Below are positions 47,832-58,063 of a DNA stretch of 64,000 nt, piece by piece. The DNA comes from Candidatus Uhrbacteria bacterium. Lineage in GTDB: Bacteria > Patescibacteriota > Patescibacteriia > UBA9934 > GWF2-40-263. A program made the position numbers and the translations under genes. The notes beneath the pieces are model-generated. The model saw only the letters and a list, made by a program, of their open reading frames with translations. It had not been told where the DNA came from and made no database searches. The stretch is from the NCBI GenBank assembly GCA_016844925.1, contig JAERTI010000020.1, positions 97 through 64,096 on the forward strand, read 5' to 3'. Numbering within the stretch: the first letter of the stretch is position 1; each line of letters opens with the position of its first letter.

Positions 47832-48608
47832 ATGTCCGTGCTCTACCAAACAACCGGCATTGTGCTTTCCAGACGTGACCATAAAGAGGTCGACCGTTGG
47901 TACAGCGTCTTTACCCCTGATAGGGGAAAGGTGGAGTTTTTGGCTCGTGGTGGGCATAAACCCCTAGCCAAACTCACACCGCACCTGGAGAGCCTGGCCG
48001 TGGTTGATCTGTTGCTTGTGTACGGTCGCTACTATCAAACAGTCGCTGGGGTGGATCGACTCAAGTCATACGCACGTGTGCATGGAGACTTGTCTCGATC
48101 AGTCCTGGCACAGAACGCTCTGCATCTGGTAGATATCGGTACACGTGCTGATGAGTCCGATCCCTATATCTATGAGCTCATCGAACACTGGCTTGATTTC
48201 CTTGATCAAGACGTGACGCTCACGGCTGAGCGCGCAGGCTTCCTGTTGGGAAGCTTTGCCTTGAAGCTTTTAGGGCTCGTTGGATACCACCCAGAGTTGC
48301 TTAGTTGCCTGGGATGTCGCATGAACATTGGTCCCGGGCAGTATCGCTGGCATGGCCTGCGCGGAGGGGTCGTGTGCTCCCGGTGCACCTCGATTGACCA
48401 GGAGCAATGGTTCTCAGCAAGGCCCATGACAGATACAGCACTGAAGCTTGTTCGGTTTGCTCTGAGTGAATCATTTGATTCTCAGCTACGACCGCATCTG
48501 TCAGGGGAAGATCTCACTGGTTTCCATGAGGCCGTAGAATCCCTTATGATTTCGCATTTTCCCACCATTCCGGCTAGCTCATTGAGGGGGGCCTGCAGGG
48601 TGTGTTAA
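47832..48608 (+). CDS. recO: DNA repair protein RecO
   Basis: GIVL....E.DR, GKV..ARG, CLGC...GGVVCSRC. Confidence 0.92.
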   Translation: MSVLYQTTGIVLSRRDHKEVDRWYSVFTPDRGKVEFLARGGHKPLAKLTPHLESLAVVDLLLVYGRYYQTVAGVDRLKSYARVHGDLSRSVLAQNALHLVDIGTRADESDPYIYELIEHWLDFLDQDVTLTAERAGFLLGSFALKLLGLVGYHPELLSCLGCRMNIGPGQYRWHGLRGGVVCSRCTSIDQEQWFSARPMTDTALKLVRFALSESFDSQLRPHLSGEDLTGFHEAVESLMISHFPTIPASSLRGACRVC

Positions 48609-48628
48609 GGTTCTTTCAACAAAACATT

Positions 48629-49939
48629 ATGACTACAACTACCGTATCTAAGATCTCCGACCATGTTGGGCAAGACGTCGAATTAAAAGGTTGGTGCTAT
48701 AACTTCCGTTCAAGCGGAAAGATTTTTTTTCTCCAGTTCCGCGACGGAACAGGGCGCGTACAGGTCGTCTATTCTAAGGGCGATCTCTCTGAGGAGCAGT
48801 GGGAAGCACTGCAGTCGATCAGGCTCGAGTCATCCGTAATCTTGTCAGGGCTCGTAAAAGAAGATTCACGTGCGCCATCAGGGTTCGAACTTGAAGGTCG
48901 TGGTATTACTGTCGTACAGGTGGCCGAAGAGGGGTACCCCATCGGGAAGAAAGATCATGGTCCAGATTTCCTACTCGACAACCGACATCTTTGGTTGCGC
49001 TCTGAGCGTCAGTGGGCTGTGCAACGCGTGCGTGATCAAATTATTCGATCAACCTATGACTGGTTCCAGGAGAATGGATTCGTAAAGTTTGATACACCCG
49101 TGCTGACTCCGACCTCCTGTGAGGGGACAACAGAGCTGTTTGAGATGGACTACTTCAGCGGCGAAGGGGATGAGACAAAGGCGTACCTCGCACAGTCCGG
49201 ACAGCTGTACTTGGAGGCGGGGATTATGTCGCTTGGACGTGCGTTTGATTTTGGCCCCGTGTTCCGCGCAGAAAAATCAAAGACACGTCGTCACCTCACA
49301 GAGTTCTGGATGATGGATGCGGAGGGGGCCTATGTGGAGCACAAAGAGAACATGGAAATTCAGGAGGCGCTCATCTGCCGAATTGTAAAGGATGTCATGG
49401 AGAAGCGTGCGCACGAGCTGAAGGTGCTAGAGCGCGATGTGGAAGCTCTTGCAAAGGTGCAAGCACCGTTTCCACGACTGACACATGCCGAGGCTGTGGC
49501 GAAGTTGCGTGAGCTCGGAAGTGATATTGGTGATAAGGATGACCTGGGGGCCGACGATGAAACCATTCTGACAAAGCAGTACGACAAACCGATTTTTATC
49601 GAGAAGTATCCGGCAGAGGTGAAAGCGTTCTACATGAAGCGCGACCCAGAGAACGAGGGGCTCGCTCTCAACAACGACCTGCTCGCACCAGAGGGGTATG
49701 GCGAGATCATCGGTGGGTCTCAGCGCGAGGATGATTACGAGACGCTCATGAAACGCATTGCCGAGCACGATCTCGATCCTGAACCATTCCAGTGGTATGT
49801 GGATTTGCGACGCTACGGCTCCGTACCGCACTCAGGATTCGGGTATGGCCTCGAGCGCATCGTGGCGTGGGTCTGTGGTTTGCATCACGTGCGTGAGACG
49901 ATTCCATTCCCACGACTTATCAATCGCATTAGTCCGTAA
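48629..49939 (+). CDS. asnS: Asparagine--tRNA ligase
   Basis: RHLWLRS, QSGQLY, FRAEKS.TRRHL.EFW, GEIIGGSQRE, GLER. Confidence 0.96.
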   Translation: MTTTTVSKISDHVGQDVELKGWCYNFRSSGKIFFLQFRDGTGRVQVVYSKGDLSEEQWEALQSIRLESSVILSGLVKEDSRAPSGFELEGRGITVVQVAEEGYPIGKKDHGPDFLLDNRHLWLRSERQWAVQRVRDQIIRSTYDWFQENGFVKFDTPVLTPTSCEGTTELFEMDYFSGEGDETKAYLAQSGQLYLEAGIMSLGRAFDFGPVFRAEKSKTRRHLTEFWMMDAEGAYVEHKENMEIQEALICRIVKDVMEKRAHELKVLERDVEALAKVQAPFPRLTHAEAVAKLRELGSDIGDKDDLGADDETILTKQYDKPIFIEKYPAEVKAFYMKRDPENEGLALNNDLLAPEGYGEIIGGSQREDDYETLMKRIAEHDLDPEPFQWYVDLRRYGSVPHSGFGYGLERIVAWVCGLHHVRETIPFPRLINRISP

Positions 49940-49950
49940 TTCCAAAACAT

Positions 49951-50088
49951 ATGAAAAGCCAATACTGGTTTCTGCTAGTTCTAGCAATAGCCGTATTGGG
50001 GGGATTACTCGCGGGACAGTGGCTCTCGTCTAGTGAGTATTCGTTTTTAGTGGGGGATGAAGAGGTTGAGGGGGTGATCGTCGACTAA
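49951..50088 (+). CDS. 45-aa single-pass membrane peptide
   Basis: MKSQYWFLLVLAIAVLGGLLAGQW...; CATATG start like neighbouring genes. Confidence 0.5.
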   Translation: MKSQYWFLLVLAIAVLGGLLAGQWLSSSEYSFLVGDEEVEGVIVD

Positions 50089-50128
50089 GTTGACACCCCT
50101 GAGAGGATGCGGAACAATAGATTCCGAT

Positions 50129-50238
50129 ATGATCATGTTGACGAGCTCTGTGGATAATAATGATGATCCCCAGCAACGCTGGTCATGTTTGACTCTCTCT
50201 TAAGAAAGTAAACAAGGCCGGCTCACGCTGGCCTTTTT
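50129..50238 (+). promoter_or_regulatory. Leader-peptide transcription attenuator of aspS
   Basis: 24-codon uORF with D-N-N-D-D; mutually exclusive 1:2, 2:3 and 3:4 helices; U-tract; TTGACA at 50090. Confidence 0.75.
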
Positions 50239-50256
50239 CAATTCTATTAGAACTAT

Positions 50257-51660
50257 ATGCAACGAACGTGGATCGAGGAAACAACTGAAAAAATAGGCGA
50301 AACCGTGCGTCTCAACGGTTGGGTACATCGCCTGCGGAAGATGGGGGATAAGCTGGTATTCGTGGATCTTCGTGATGGTTCAGGTTTGTGTCAGGTGGTG
50401 TTTTATAAGCCTGATCTTGATGAGGAAACAGCAGCGCGCGTAGATGAGCTTAAGCCGGAGTTTGTGATCCAGGTTGAGGGGATCGTCAATAAGCGCAGCG
50501 AGAAACAGGTGAATGCGGACTTGCCCACAGGAACCGTCGAAATTGGAGCGAGTGGACTTACGGTACTGAACACGGCACTGACGCCACCGTTTGAGATTGA
50601 TAAGGATAGCTCGGCGGTGAACGAAGAGCTTCGTCTCAAGTATCGCTATCTTGATCTGAGGACCGAGCGCATGCAGCGCAACATTCGTATGCGCGACGAG
50701 ATTGTTCAGTTCTTCCGCAATTACATGCACGAGAATCGATTCATTGAGATCGAGACACCTATTTTGATGAAGGGGACCCCTGAGGGGGCGCGAGAGTTTG
50801 TGGTGCCATCCCGTTTGCATGCAGGAAAGTTTTACGTGCTTCCACAGTCACCACAACAGTTTAAGCAGCTTTCCATGGTGGCTGGGTTTGAGCGCTACTT
50901 CCAGATCGCGCGCTGTTTCCGTGATGAGGACCAGCGCGGAGATCGTCAGCCAGAGTTTACGCAGTTGGACTTTGAAATGTCATTCGTCGAGCGCGAGGAT
51001 GTGCTCTCTTACACCGAGGAGATGTTTATTAAACTCGTCGAGACATTGTTTCCAGAGAAGCGAATCTCAAGCAAGCCGTTCCCACGGTTTACGCACGCAG
51101 AGGCTATGGAGAAGTTTGGGACAGATAAGCCGGACCTTCGTGAGAACAAAGATGATCCCAATGAACTCGCGTTTGGTTGGATTGTAGACTTCCCAATGTT
51201 TGAGACGCTCGAGGATGGAACAATTCAGTCACAGCATCATCCTTTCTGTTCAATCCACCCAGAGGACATGGAAAAGCTCGATTCAGATCCGATGAGTGTG
51301 CGAGCTGATGCCTATGACCTATTCCTCAACGGCTATGAGCTCTCTAGTGGATCTATTCGTATCCACGAGCGGGAGATGCAGAAAAAGATCTTTGATATTT
51401 TAGGAATCGATGATGAGGAGCAGGAGGCGCGTTTCGGACACATGCTTGATGCGTTCACTTACGGTGCTCCGCCTCATGGAGGGTTCGCTCCTGGTATCGA
51501 TCGTATCGTCATGTTGATGGCTGGAGAGCCAAATATTCGAGAGGTTATCCCGTTCCCTAAGACGGGAGATGCCCGGGATCCGATGATGGATGCTCCGTCC
51601 ACACTCGAGCAGCGTCGTCTTGATGATGTACATATCAAGCTCGATGTAAAAAATGACTAA
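50257..51660 (+). CDS. aspS: Aspartate--tRNA ligase (short, GAD-less)
   Basis: RLKYRYLDLR, TPEGAR, LPQSPQ, FRDED.R.DRQPEFTQ, GAPPHGG. Confidence 0.97.
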   Translation: MQRTWIEETTEKIGETVRLNGWVHRLRKMGDKLVFVDLRDGSGLCQVVFYKPDLDEETAARVDELKPEFVIQVEGIVNKRSEKQVNADLPTGTVEIGASGLTVLNTALTPPFEIDKDSSAVNEELRLKYRYLDLRTERMQRNIRMRDEIVQFFRNYMHENRFIEIETPILMKGTPEGAREFVVPSRLHAGKFYVLPQSPQQFKQLSMVAGFERYFQIARCFRDEDQRGDRQPEFTQLDFEMSFVEREDVLSYTEEMFIKLVETLFPEKRISSKPFPRFTHAEAMEKFGTDKPDLRENKDDPNELAFGWIVDFPMFETLEDGTIQSQHHPFCSIHPEDMEKLDSDPMSVRADAYDLFLNGYELSSGSIRIHEREMQKKIFDILGIDDEEQEARFGHMLDAFTYGAPPHGGFAPGIDRIVMLMAGEPNIREVIPFPKTGDARDPMMDAPSTLEQRRLDDVHIKLDVKND

Positions 51661-51740
51661 ATTTAGTCAAAACCTCGTCACCTGATGACGAGGTTTTTGT
51701 TTTGCTCAGGGTGCTATGAGCTGGTACAATACAGCCTGTT

Positions 51741-52439
51741 ATGTCGTTTGAAGTGAAACTGGAACAGTTCGATGGGCCGCTACACTTGCTCTTGGATTTG
51801 ATTGAGTCACAGGAGCTGCCTATTACAGATGTCTCTCTTGCTCAGGTGACGGAGACGTATCTGGATCACGTGAATGCAAATGAGGTGCCCCCTGCGGAGT
51901 TAGCTGATTTTCTGGTCGTCGCGACAAAACTGCTTCTCATCAAGTCACGTGCCATTCTGCCTGTACCAGAAGAAGAGGTAAAAGAAGATCCGTCCACGCT
52001 CGCTTTGCAACTTAGGCTCTATAAAGAATTCGTCGAAGCATCGAAGCAGCTTGAGGCGATGTGGGATGGACCACAGTGTTCGTTTGGTCGTGCGCAGGCA
52101 GATATCATCAAGGCTCAGGGGTTCACATTAGCGCCAGGTGTTGATGTGGACTCGCTCCAGGGTTCATTCACGCGGCTGCTCAAGCGCCTAGAGCCGTTTT
52201 TCAAAATTCAACAGGCGGCCATGGAGCGGGTGGTGTCGGTGAAGGAGCGGCTGCGAGAGATTCATGATGCCATCTTGTCTCGGTCGCAGATGCACTTCTC
52301 GCATGTGGTGAAGGGGGCGAAGAATAAAGTGGATGTCGTCGTCTCGTTCCTGGCGCTGCTCGAACTTGTGAAGCAGCGGGTGGTGACGACGGTGCAGTCA
52401 GACAGTTTTCAAGATATAGAGATTAAGCGGATCGATTAG
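51741..52439 (+). CDS. scpA: Segregation/condensation protein A
   Basis: FDGPL.LLL.LI, IKSR.ILP, FLALLEL. Confidence 0.95.
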   Translation: MSFEVKLEQFDGPLHLLLDLIESQELPITDVSLAQVTETYLDHVNANEVPPAELADFLVVATKLLLIKSRAILPVPEEEVKEDPSTLALQLRLYKEFVEASKQLEAMWDGPQCSFGRAQADIIKAQGFTLAPGVDVDSLQGSFTRLLKRLEPFFKIQQAAMERVVSVKERLREIHDAILSRSQMHFSHVVKGAKNKVDVVVSFLALLELVKQRVVTTVQSDSFQDIEIKRID

Positions 52440-52441
52440 GT

Positions 52442-52996
52442 ATGATTACAACAACGATTGAAGCCGTATTGTTCGCGGCGGCTAAGCCCATCAAACTCAG
52501 TCAGCTGCAAAAACACCTCGATCTCTCTGAGGAGGTTGTGCGCGAGGCACTTGATGACATCGTGGCACGTTTCAACACAGAGAACTCAGGAATTCACGTG
52601 CTTGAGAACAAGGGAGCTGTGCAGTTTGTCACCAATCCTTCGACAGGGGAGGACTTAACGAAGTTTCTTAAGAAGGAAGCATCTGGGCCACTCACACGTC
52701 CAAGCCTCGAGACGCTCACGATCATTGCCTACCGCGGACCGATTACCAAGCCAGAGATCGAGATGATCCGCGGAGTGAACTGCTCCATGATTTTGAGGAA
52801 TCTGTTGATCCGAGGGTACATCGATGAAGTGCAGGACGCGGAGCGACTCCAGAGTGTCTACAGTCTTTCCAATACCTTCATGCAGGCTGTGGGGGTAGAT
52901 AAAGTCGAGAGCCTCCCAGATTACGAGGCGTTTGCACAGAATGAAAAAATCGCTGAGCTTCTCGCGCAGGAGCCTGAGTCTGAGGGAGAACTATGA
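52442..52996 (+). CDS. scpB: Segregation/condensation protein B
   Basis: IEAVLF, LETL.IIAY..P.T..EI..IRGV. Confidence 0.95.
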   Translation: MITTTIEAVLFAAAKPIKLSQLQKHLDLSEEVVREALDDIVARFNTENSGIHVLENKGAVQFVTNPSTGEDLTKFLKKEASGPLTRPSLETLTIIAYRGPITKPEIEMIRGVNCSMILRNLLIRGYIDEVQDAERLQSVYSLSNTFMQAVGVDKVESLPDYEAFAQNEKIAELLAQEPESEGEL

Positions 52997-53970
52997 TCAT
53001 CAAGCTTTTCTCACAATTGCTCATTGTCGGTGCTTTAATGCAGCTTGCTCCAGTGGATGCCGGGGCTATTCAGGATCGTGCAACGCTACCTGATGCTCCA
53101 GAGCGCGGCTTTGATTTGCTTGCTGCTCATGATGTCCTTACTAGCAGTCTTCCCGAGGCAAAGAATAGAGATGTTGCCCCTGTGAGTGTTCGGCCTACGT
53201 CTGTTGGGGTGGTAACGAGTGCACAGAGCGCCATTGTGATGGATCGCGCTTCCGGTGAGGTGTTGTTCGAGAAAAACGTGCACACCCCTCGGGCCATCGG
53301 TTCGATTACCAAGCTCATGACGGCGCACGTGTTTCTTGGGGGGAACCCAGATTTGGATGCGCCAGCAACACTCCTCTCTCAAGATATTCGTTTGGGAGCC
53401 TCCCAACATCTTTCGCTCAGCGATACGTATACCGTACGTGGTCTTCTCGAAGCGAGTCTGATCGGTTCGGATAATACGGCGACCGCGGCGCTTGCGCGTC
53501 TTTCCGGACTTTCGTTGGGAGACTTTGTGGCGCGCATGAATGAGGAGGCGGCGGTGCTAGGCATGCAGCATACGACGTTTGCTGATACCACAGGCCTTTC
53601 ATCGAATAACCGTTCTGTCGTGAGTGATATTGCCATCATGTTGGATAAGTTATTTGAAAACGAACTTTTGCAAGAAGTAACTCAGATGCCCACGGCCACC
53701 ATTGTGGGGACTTCTGGTCGAAGTTACTTTATCCAGACAACAGACGATTTACTTACGACATTTGTCAACGAACCCCCTTACGGCATTGTTGGGGCCAAGA
53801 CAGGGTTCCTTCCTGAGGCAGGATATTGCCTAGGAACGGTGTTTGATCACGAGGATGCTGGTGAGTTGATTGTGGTGGTGCTTGGTTCTAACAGTAAGAA
53901 GGGAAGGTTTCAAGATGTAAAGTCACTTGCTGTCTGGGCGTACGATACTTTTGCTTGGCAAACACTATGA
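52993..53970 (+). CDS. D-Ala-D-Ala carboxypeptidase (peptidase S11)
   Basis: SITK, SDN, KTG motifs; signal peptide. Confidence 0.92.
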   Translation: MIIKLFSQLLIVGALMQLAPVDAGAIQDRATLPDAPERGFDLLAAHDVLTSSLPEAKNRDVAPVSVRPTSVGVVTSAQSAIVMDRASGEVLFEKNVHTPRAIGSITKLMTAHVFLGGNPDLDAPATLLSQDIRLGASQHLSLSDTYTVRGLLEASLIGSDNTATAALARLSGLSLGDFVARMNEEAAVLGMQHTTFADTTGLSSNNRSVVSDIAIMLDKLFENELLQEVTQMPTATIVGTSGRSYFIQTTDDLLTTFVNEPPYGIVGAKTGFLPEAGYCLGTVFDHEDAGELIVVVLGSNSKKGRFQDVKSLAVWAYDTFAWQTL

Positions 53971-54467
53971 TAGAGACGTTGCTTCAATGGTTTGAGTCAG
54001 TTCCGCCTGAGTTGGCTACAGCGCTCATGGCGGCACTTCCCGTGACAGAGCTTCGTGCCGCGCTTCCTGTGGCGCTTACATTTTTCGATTTGAATCCGTT
54101 CGTAGCATACGCCAGTGCAGTGATCGGTAACCTGGTTCCCGTTGTGTTTCTTTACGCCGTTCTTCCGAAGATGATCGTGTGGGCGACTGAACACTTTCCA
54201 CCATTAGAGAAAGCCATGAAGGTCTGGTTTGCAAAACTGGAACGGCAGTATGGTGAGAACTATTCCAAGTGGGGAGCGTTTTTTCTTCTGCTTTTTGTTG
54301 CTATTCCGTTGCCAGGATCCGGCGCTTGGACGGGAACCGTCTTAGCGATTTTGTTTAACATTAAGCGCGAGCTTGCGATTCCATACATTGTGATCGGTGT
54401 GATGATCGCTGGGCTTCTTATCTTCGGACTCACAGAAGGAGTCTTTGCTGGCCTACAATTGCTATGA
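53967..54467 (+). CDS. Small multi-drug export family membrane protein
   Basis: P..ELR..P, FVAIPLPGSGAWTG. Confidence 0.88.
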   Translation: MIETLLQWFESVPPELATALMAALPVTELRAALPVALTFFDLNPFVAYASAVIGNLVPVVFLYAVLPKMIVWATEHFPPLEKAMKVWFAKLERQYGENYSKWGAFFLLLFVAIPLPGSGAWTGTVLAILFNIKRELAIPYIVIGVMIAGLLIFGLTEGVFAGLQLL

Positions 54468-55642
54468 AGATCGCCATCGACGGGACAACACTGTGTGGAC
54501 CAGATGGCTCCCGTGGGGCTGGTATTGAGCATTACACATGGAACATCGTGACCGCGCTTGTGCAGAGCACACAGGATCACGAGTTTTACATTGCTACTCC
54601 ACCGGCATTAAATCGCATTCGCCGTGCAGAGCTAGAGGCTCTTGGCCCTCATGTGGTGATTGTTCCTTCGTTTGGGCCGAAGCTTTCTTTTGTAAGCCGA
54701 CATGGCTTGCTTCCATTGCGCATGGGTATTCGCCGTCCTGATGTGCTCTTTTCTCCGTTTGGCCAGGTTCCTCTTGCTTGGAGAGGGAAGAGCGTGATCA
54801 CGGTGCACGATTTGGCGATCTATGAGCATCCTGAGTGGTTTGAAGACAGGCAGGATTTTTCTACACGCATTTTGGTACCCAAGAGTCTTGAACGAGCTGA
54901 TGCCATCATTGCTGTGAGCGCCGCGACGGAGAAGAAGTTACATGAGATTTTTCCGTTCACAGAATCCGTAACGCATGTGGTGCATGAGGGGGTTGATTTG
55001 AACGATGCGTACAGCGCCCTTGAGCAGATGGATTCAGTGAGTACACGATTCCCGTACGACCGCGACTTTGTGTTTTATCTAGGAACCGTAGAGCCGCGTA
55101 AGAATCTTGTACACGCGTTCCGGGCATTTGATCGATTCTTGCAGAGCCGACCGGAGCAGGCGGGAGAAGTACGATTTATCGTTGCGGGGAAAAAAGGTTG
55201 GCACACACAGGAGATCGAACAGGAGCTCATGCGCGTGAATCATGCCTGGGCGGACGTGGAACCAAATGGAGTCATTCAATTTTTAGGACCCGTCACAGAA
55301 CAAGAAAAATGGACCCTCATGGCCCGTGCATCGTGCCTATTGTATCCATCGTACGACGAAGGATTCGGTTTACCGGTACTCGAGGCGATGGCTGTAGGGA
55401 CACCGGTGATTACATCCAATCGCGGAGCGCTCCCAGAAGTGGGAGGTGATGCGGCGATGTACGTCGAGCCAGAAGATGTCGAGGCGATGTCTCTGGCGCT
55501 GACGCAATGCCTTCTTGTCCCCGAGGGGGTGAGGTCGCTCCTGGAGATGGGTCTTGCGCGTGCGGGGGAGTTCTCCTGGGAGAAGGCCGCAGAGGAGACG
55601 CTGAAGATTTTGGAACACGTTGGACAAAAAACCACGGACTAG
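54464..55642 (+). CDS. Glycosyltransferase family 4
   Basis: TVHDL, EPRKN, EGFGLPVLEAM. Confidence 0.95.
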   Translation: MKIAIDGTTLCGPDGSRGAGIEHYTWNIVTALVQSTQDHEFYIATPPALNRIRRAELEALGPHVVIVPSFGPKLSFVSRHGLLPLRMGIRRPDVLFSPFGQVPLAWRGKSVITVHDLAIYEHPEWFEDRQDFSTRILVPKSLERADAIIAVSAATEKKLHEIFPFTESVTHVVHEGVDLNDAYSALEQMDSVSTRFPYDRDFVFYLGTVEPRKNLVHAFRAFDRFLQSRPEQAGEVRFIVAGKKGWHTQEIEQELMRVNHAWADVEPNGVIQFLGPVTEQEKWTLMARASCLLYPSYDEGFGLPVLEAMAVGTPVITSNRGALPEVGGDAAMYVEPEDVEAMSLALTQCLLVPEGVRSLLEMGLARAGEFSWEKAAEETLKILEHVGQKTTD

Positions 55643-55654
55643 TCCGTGGTTTTT
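55627..55654. terminator. Bidirectional terminator (perfect palindrome)
   Basis: AAAAACCACGGACTAGTCCGTGGTTTTT between convergent genes. Confidence 0.75.
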
Positions 55655-55672
55655 GAAATGCTGTATTTTCGA

Positions 55673-56137
55673 TCAGAGCTTTGTCTGTAGGTAGGCAATC
55701 AGTACGACTTGGGCGAGGATGGCGTAGTAGAGGGGGACATCACCTTTGCGTTTGACAAAGAAGTCGTGGAAGTAGAAGTGGAGGGTGTTGAACCACTTGA
55801 GCAGTGGTGTTTTGGTGATTTCGTAGATGCCTACGATGAGATCTGGAAGGACACCTCCGACGATTCCCCAGCTGAATGTACGCATGGAGACGATGTCGCG
55901 CGTGTTGGCCAGCAGGAGCACGAAGAAGATAGCAGCGACGGCATCTACCATGACGTAGGCCAGTGCGCGCTTTTTGTGGCGTTTGTGGATTTTGTAGCTG
56001 TCGGCCAAGCCAGTATCCCCATGGGGGATCATGTCGATCAGAAAGTGCGAAATAAAGGCTAAAACAAAAGCCAACGCCGAGTTTCCTGTAGCGTGGCCTA
56101 TTACTGCGCCGAGCGTCGCGTGTGTTGTCAGTGTCAT
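55673..56137 (-). CDS. Membrane protein (possible metal-dependent hydrolase)
   Basis: H..G, SHFLID.IPH.D, LPD, H..FH motifs. Confidence 0.7.
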   Translation of the reverse strand: MTLTTHATLGAVIGHATGNSALAFVLAFISHFLIDMIPHGDTGLADSYKIHKRHKKRALAYVMVDAVAAIFFVLLLANTRDIVSMRTFSWGIVGGVLPDLIVGIYEITKTPLLKWFNTLHFYFHDFFVKRKGDVPLYYAILAQVVLIAYLQTKL

Positions 56138-56210
56138 AATCTGAAACAAAGTATATCAAAAAGCCCGCTCTTGCTCTAGTTGAGCGAGCGGGCGGACGGA
56201 TCGGGGTCCG

Positions 56211-57071
56211 TCAGCGGACCAGGAGCATGAGCGCGCGGCTCAGCTTCTCGGCCACCTCCTTGGCCCGATCACGATGCGTCTCGTGGTCGGGCGTCTCCTT
56301 GTTGTCGTTGGTGATCAGGGCCACCGGGATGACCTTCACGTCCGGGTAGAGCGCGGCGACCGAGCACTCGGGCTTCACGCTCATGCCCACCACGGCGCCG
56401 CCGGAGTTGAGCATCAGGCGCTTGTCGCCGATGGACTCGAAGTGGGGGCCGCGGAACATGACGTAGGGCCCCATGTTGAGCTCGTCGCGCTCGCGCAGTG
56501 CGCCGTCCGGCTGGAAATGCCGGGTCGCATCCTGGTCGATGCATGCGGCGGGGTTGACGAATTCACCGGGGAACAGGGGCATGGTGTCCGAGCCCCAGCT
56601 CACGAAGTCGGTGATGTAGAAGAGGTCGCCCATGCTCAGGTGGCCCCACAGGGCACCAGCGGCGCAGGTGAGGACGAACTTCTTCACCCCGAGCTTGATG
56701 AGCACCTCGATCTGCAAGCGCACCATGAGGCGGACGTCCGGGTTGAACGTGTCCTCGTTCATGTGGATGCGACCGCGCAGGACGATCACGCGCTTGGGCT
56801 TGCCGTCGACCTCGACGGTGCCCAGCTCCAGGCGACGCTCGTGCCCCTCCAGTTCGTCGAGCTTGCTGAAGGCACCGATCTCGGTCAGGCGCACGGTGTG
56901 CGTGGCCTCGAAGGGGAAGGCATCACCCCAGCCCGTGCCCAGCACGATGGCCGCGTCGATCTCCTCGTCATGGGCCAGGTCGAAGCGGTGACGCAGGTCA
57001 CGCTCACATTTTTGCAGCATGCCTTCACTCGTCTTGTCGCCAGCGAGGCGGTAGTAATCTGCCCGTTTCAT
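56211..57071 (-). CDS. Purine nucleoside phosphorylase (trimeric type)
   Basis: IVLGTG, GH, GRIH..E, T.AAG, GPHFES, VGMS..PE, ITN; very GC-rich codons. Confidence 0.9.
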   Translation of the reverse strand: MKRADYYRLAGDKTSEGMLQKCERDLRHRFDLAHDEEIDAAIVLGTGWGDAFPFEATHTVRLTEIGAFSKLDELEGHERRLELGTVEVDGKPKRVIVLRGRIHMNEDTFNPDVRLMVRLQIEVLIKLGVKKFVLTCAAGALWGHLSMGDLFYITDFVSWGSDTMPLFPGEFVNPAACIDQDATRHFQPDGALRERDELNMGPYVMFRGPHFESIGDKRLMLNSGGAVVGMSVKPECSVAALYPDVKVIPVALITNDNKETPDHETHRDRAKEVAEKLSRALMLLVR

Positions 57072-57190
57072 CAGAATCTCCAAAGCTGTACGTCAGCGAC
57101 GAGACCTTAGCAGGCCTGAAAAAGGTGTCAAACTGTCAGTTTATTAACCATTAGTCTTGACCAAATTGAATGAGGAGCGTATAACTGTGG

Positions 57191-57267
57191 CGCGGGGTAG
57201 AGCAGTCAGGCAGCTCGTCGGGCTCATAACCCGAAGGTCGTCGGTTCAAATCCGACCCCCGCAACCA
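57191..57267 (+). tRNA. tRNA-fMet (CAT), initiator
   Basis: Cloverleaf, C1:A72 mismatch, three G-C pairs in anticodon stem, encoded CCA. Confidence 0.95.
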
Positions 57268-57319
57268 AAAACACACCAGCTACCTGGTGTGTTTTTGATT
57301 GCAAAAAGACCGCGTGTAG

Positions 57320-57946
57320 TTACGCGGTGCGTCGGTCGATCCAGGGGAGTGGAGCGTTGCCTGACCTGGCTTCGATCATGATGTTGCTGCCCAGAACCCC
57401 TTGCTTGATGGCGTCAGTGAGGCAGTGGTGGTTGTGCTCGAGTTGGTCATCTTCCCACTGCGCGAGGTCGCTGCGAGAGATGTCCCAGAAACCGCGTCCA
57501 AGCAAGTGGCAGGCATCCTGACGAATGTCTCGTGCTCCCAAGTGGAAGGGAAGGTCCTCCTTGCGGGAGCTGACTCCACCGAAGCGGATGGTGTACCAGT
57601 AGATCCACATGTAGTCCCAGCTGGCTGGGTAACCGAGAAGGACCACGCGGCCGGGTTGCTCTTGGCACCATGCAACGAACTCGGGCATCACGATCGTGGG
57701 ATCGCGTGCGCCCTCCGTTGCAAGTCTCCAGGCTTCTGGAAAGCCCCTCCACCACTCCATGGTGTCCGGGTCTTGGATGGCACCTGGGAGAGGGTGCATG
57801 ATTCCCTCAAACGTATTCAAGAGAATGGGGGTTCGGTCCTCGTGTTTGAACGCAGAGGCACCGAAGGACAAGAGTGAGTTGATGCCTGGGATGGGACCAT
57901 CGGATTCACCATCAATGGAAACGTAGATCTCTTCAGAACGGCTCAT
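57320..57946 (-). CDS. DEDDh 3'-5' exonuclease (RNase AS/DUF5051-like)
   Basis: SIDGESDGP, YPASWD, H.CLTDA. Confidence 0.8.
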   Translation of the reverse strand: MSRSEEIYVSIDGESDGPIPGINSLLSFGASAFKHEDRTPILLNTFEGIMHPLPGAIQDPDTMEWWRGFPEAWRLATEGARDPTIVMPEFVAWCQEQPGRVVLLGYPASWDYMWIYWYTIRFGGVSSRKEDLPFHLGARDIRQDACHLLGRGFWDISRSDLAQWEDDQLEHNHHCLTDAIKQGVLGSNIMIEARSGNAPLPWIDRRTA

Positions 57947-58063
57947 TATATTCTCCAGAAAAGGGCATTGCGGCACTTTATGAATTTTTATGATGCAGGT
58001 CAAGGGAGAGAGTTAGGGTTTTTTGGTTGGACGAAAGAAAAATCACCCAGCGGGTGATGCGTA

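Noticed and set aside
50090-50256. T-box riboswitch upstream of aspS
   Set aside because: No AAxxxGGTGGxACC T-box motif and too short for stem I; the leader-peptide model fits
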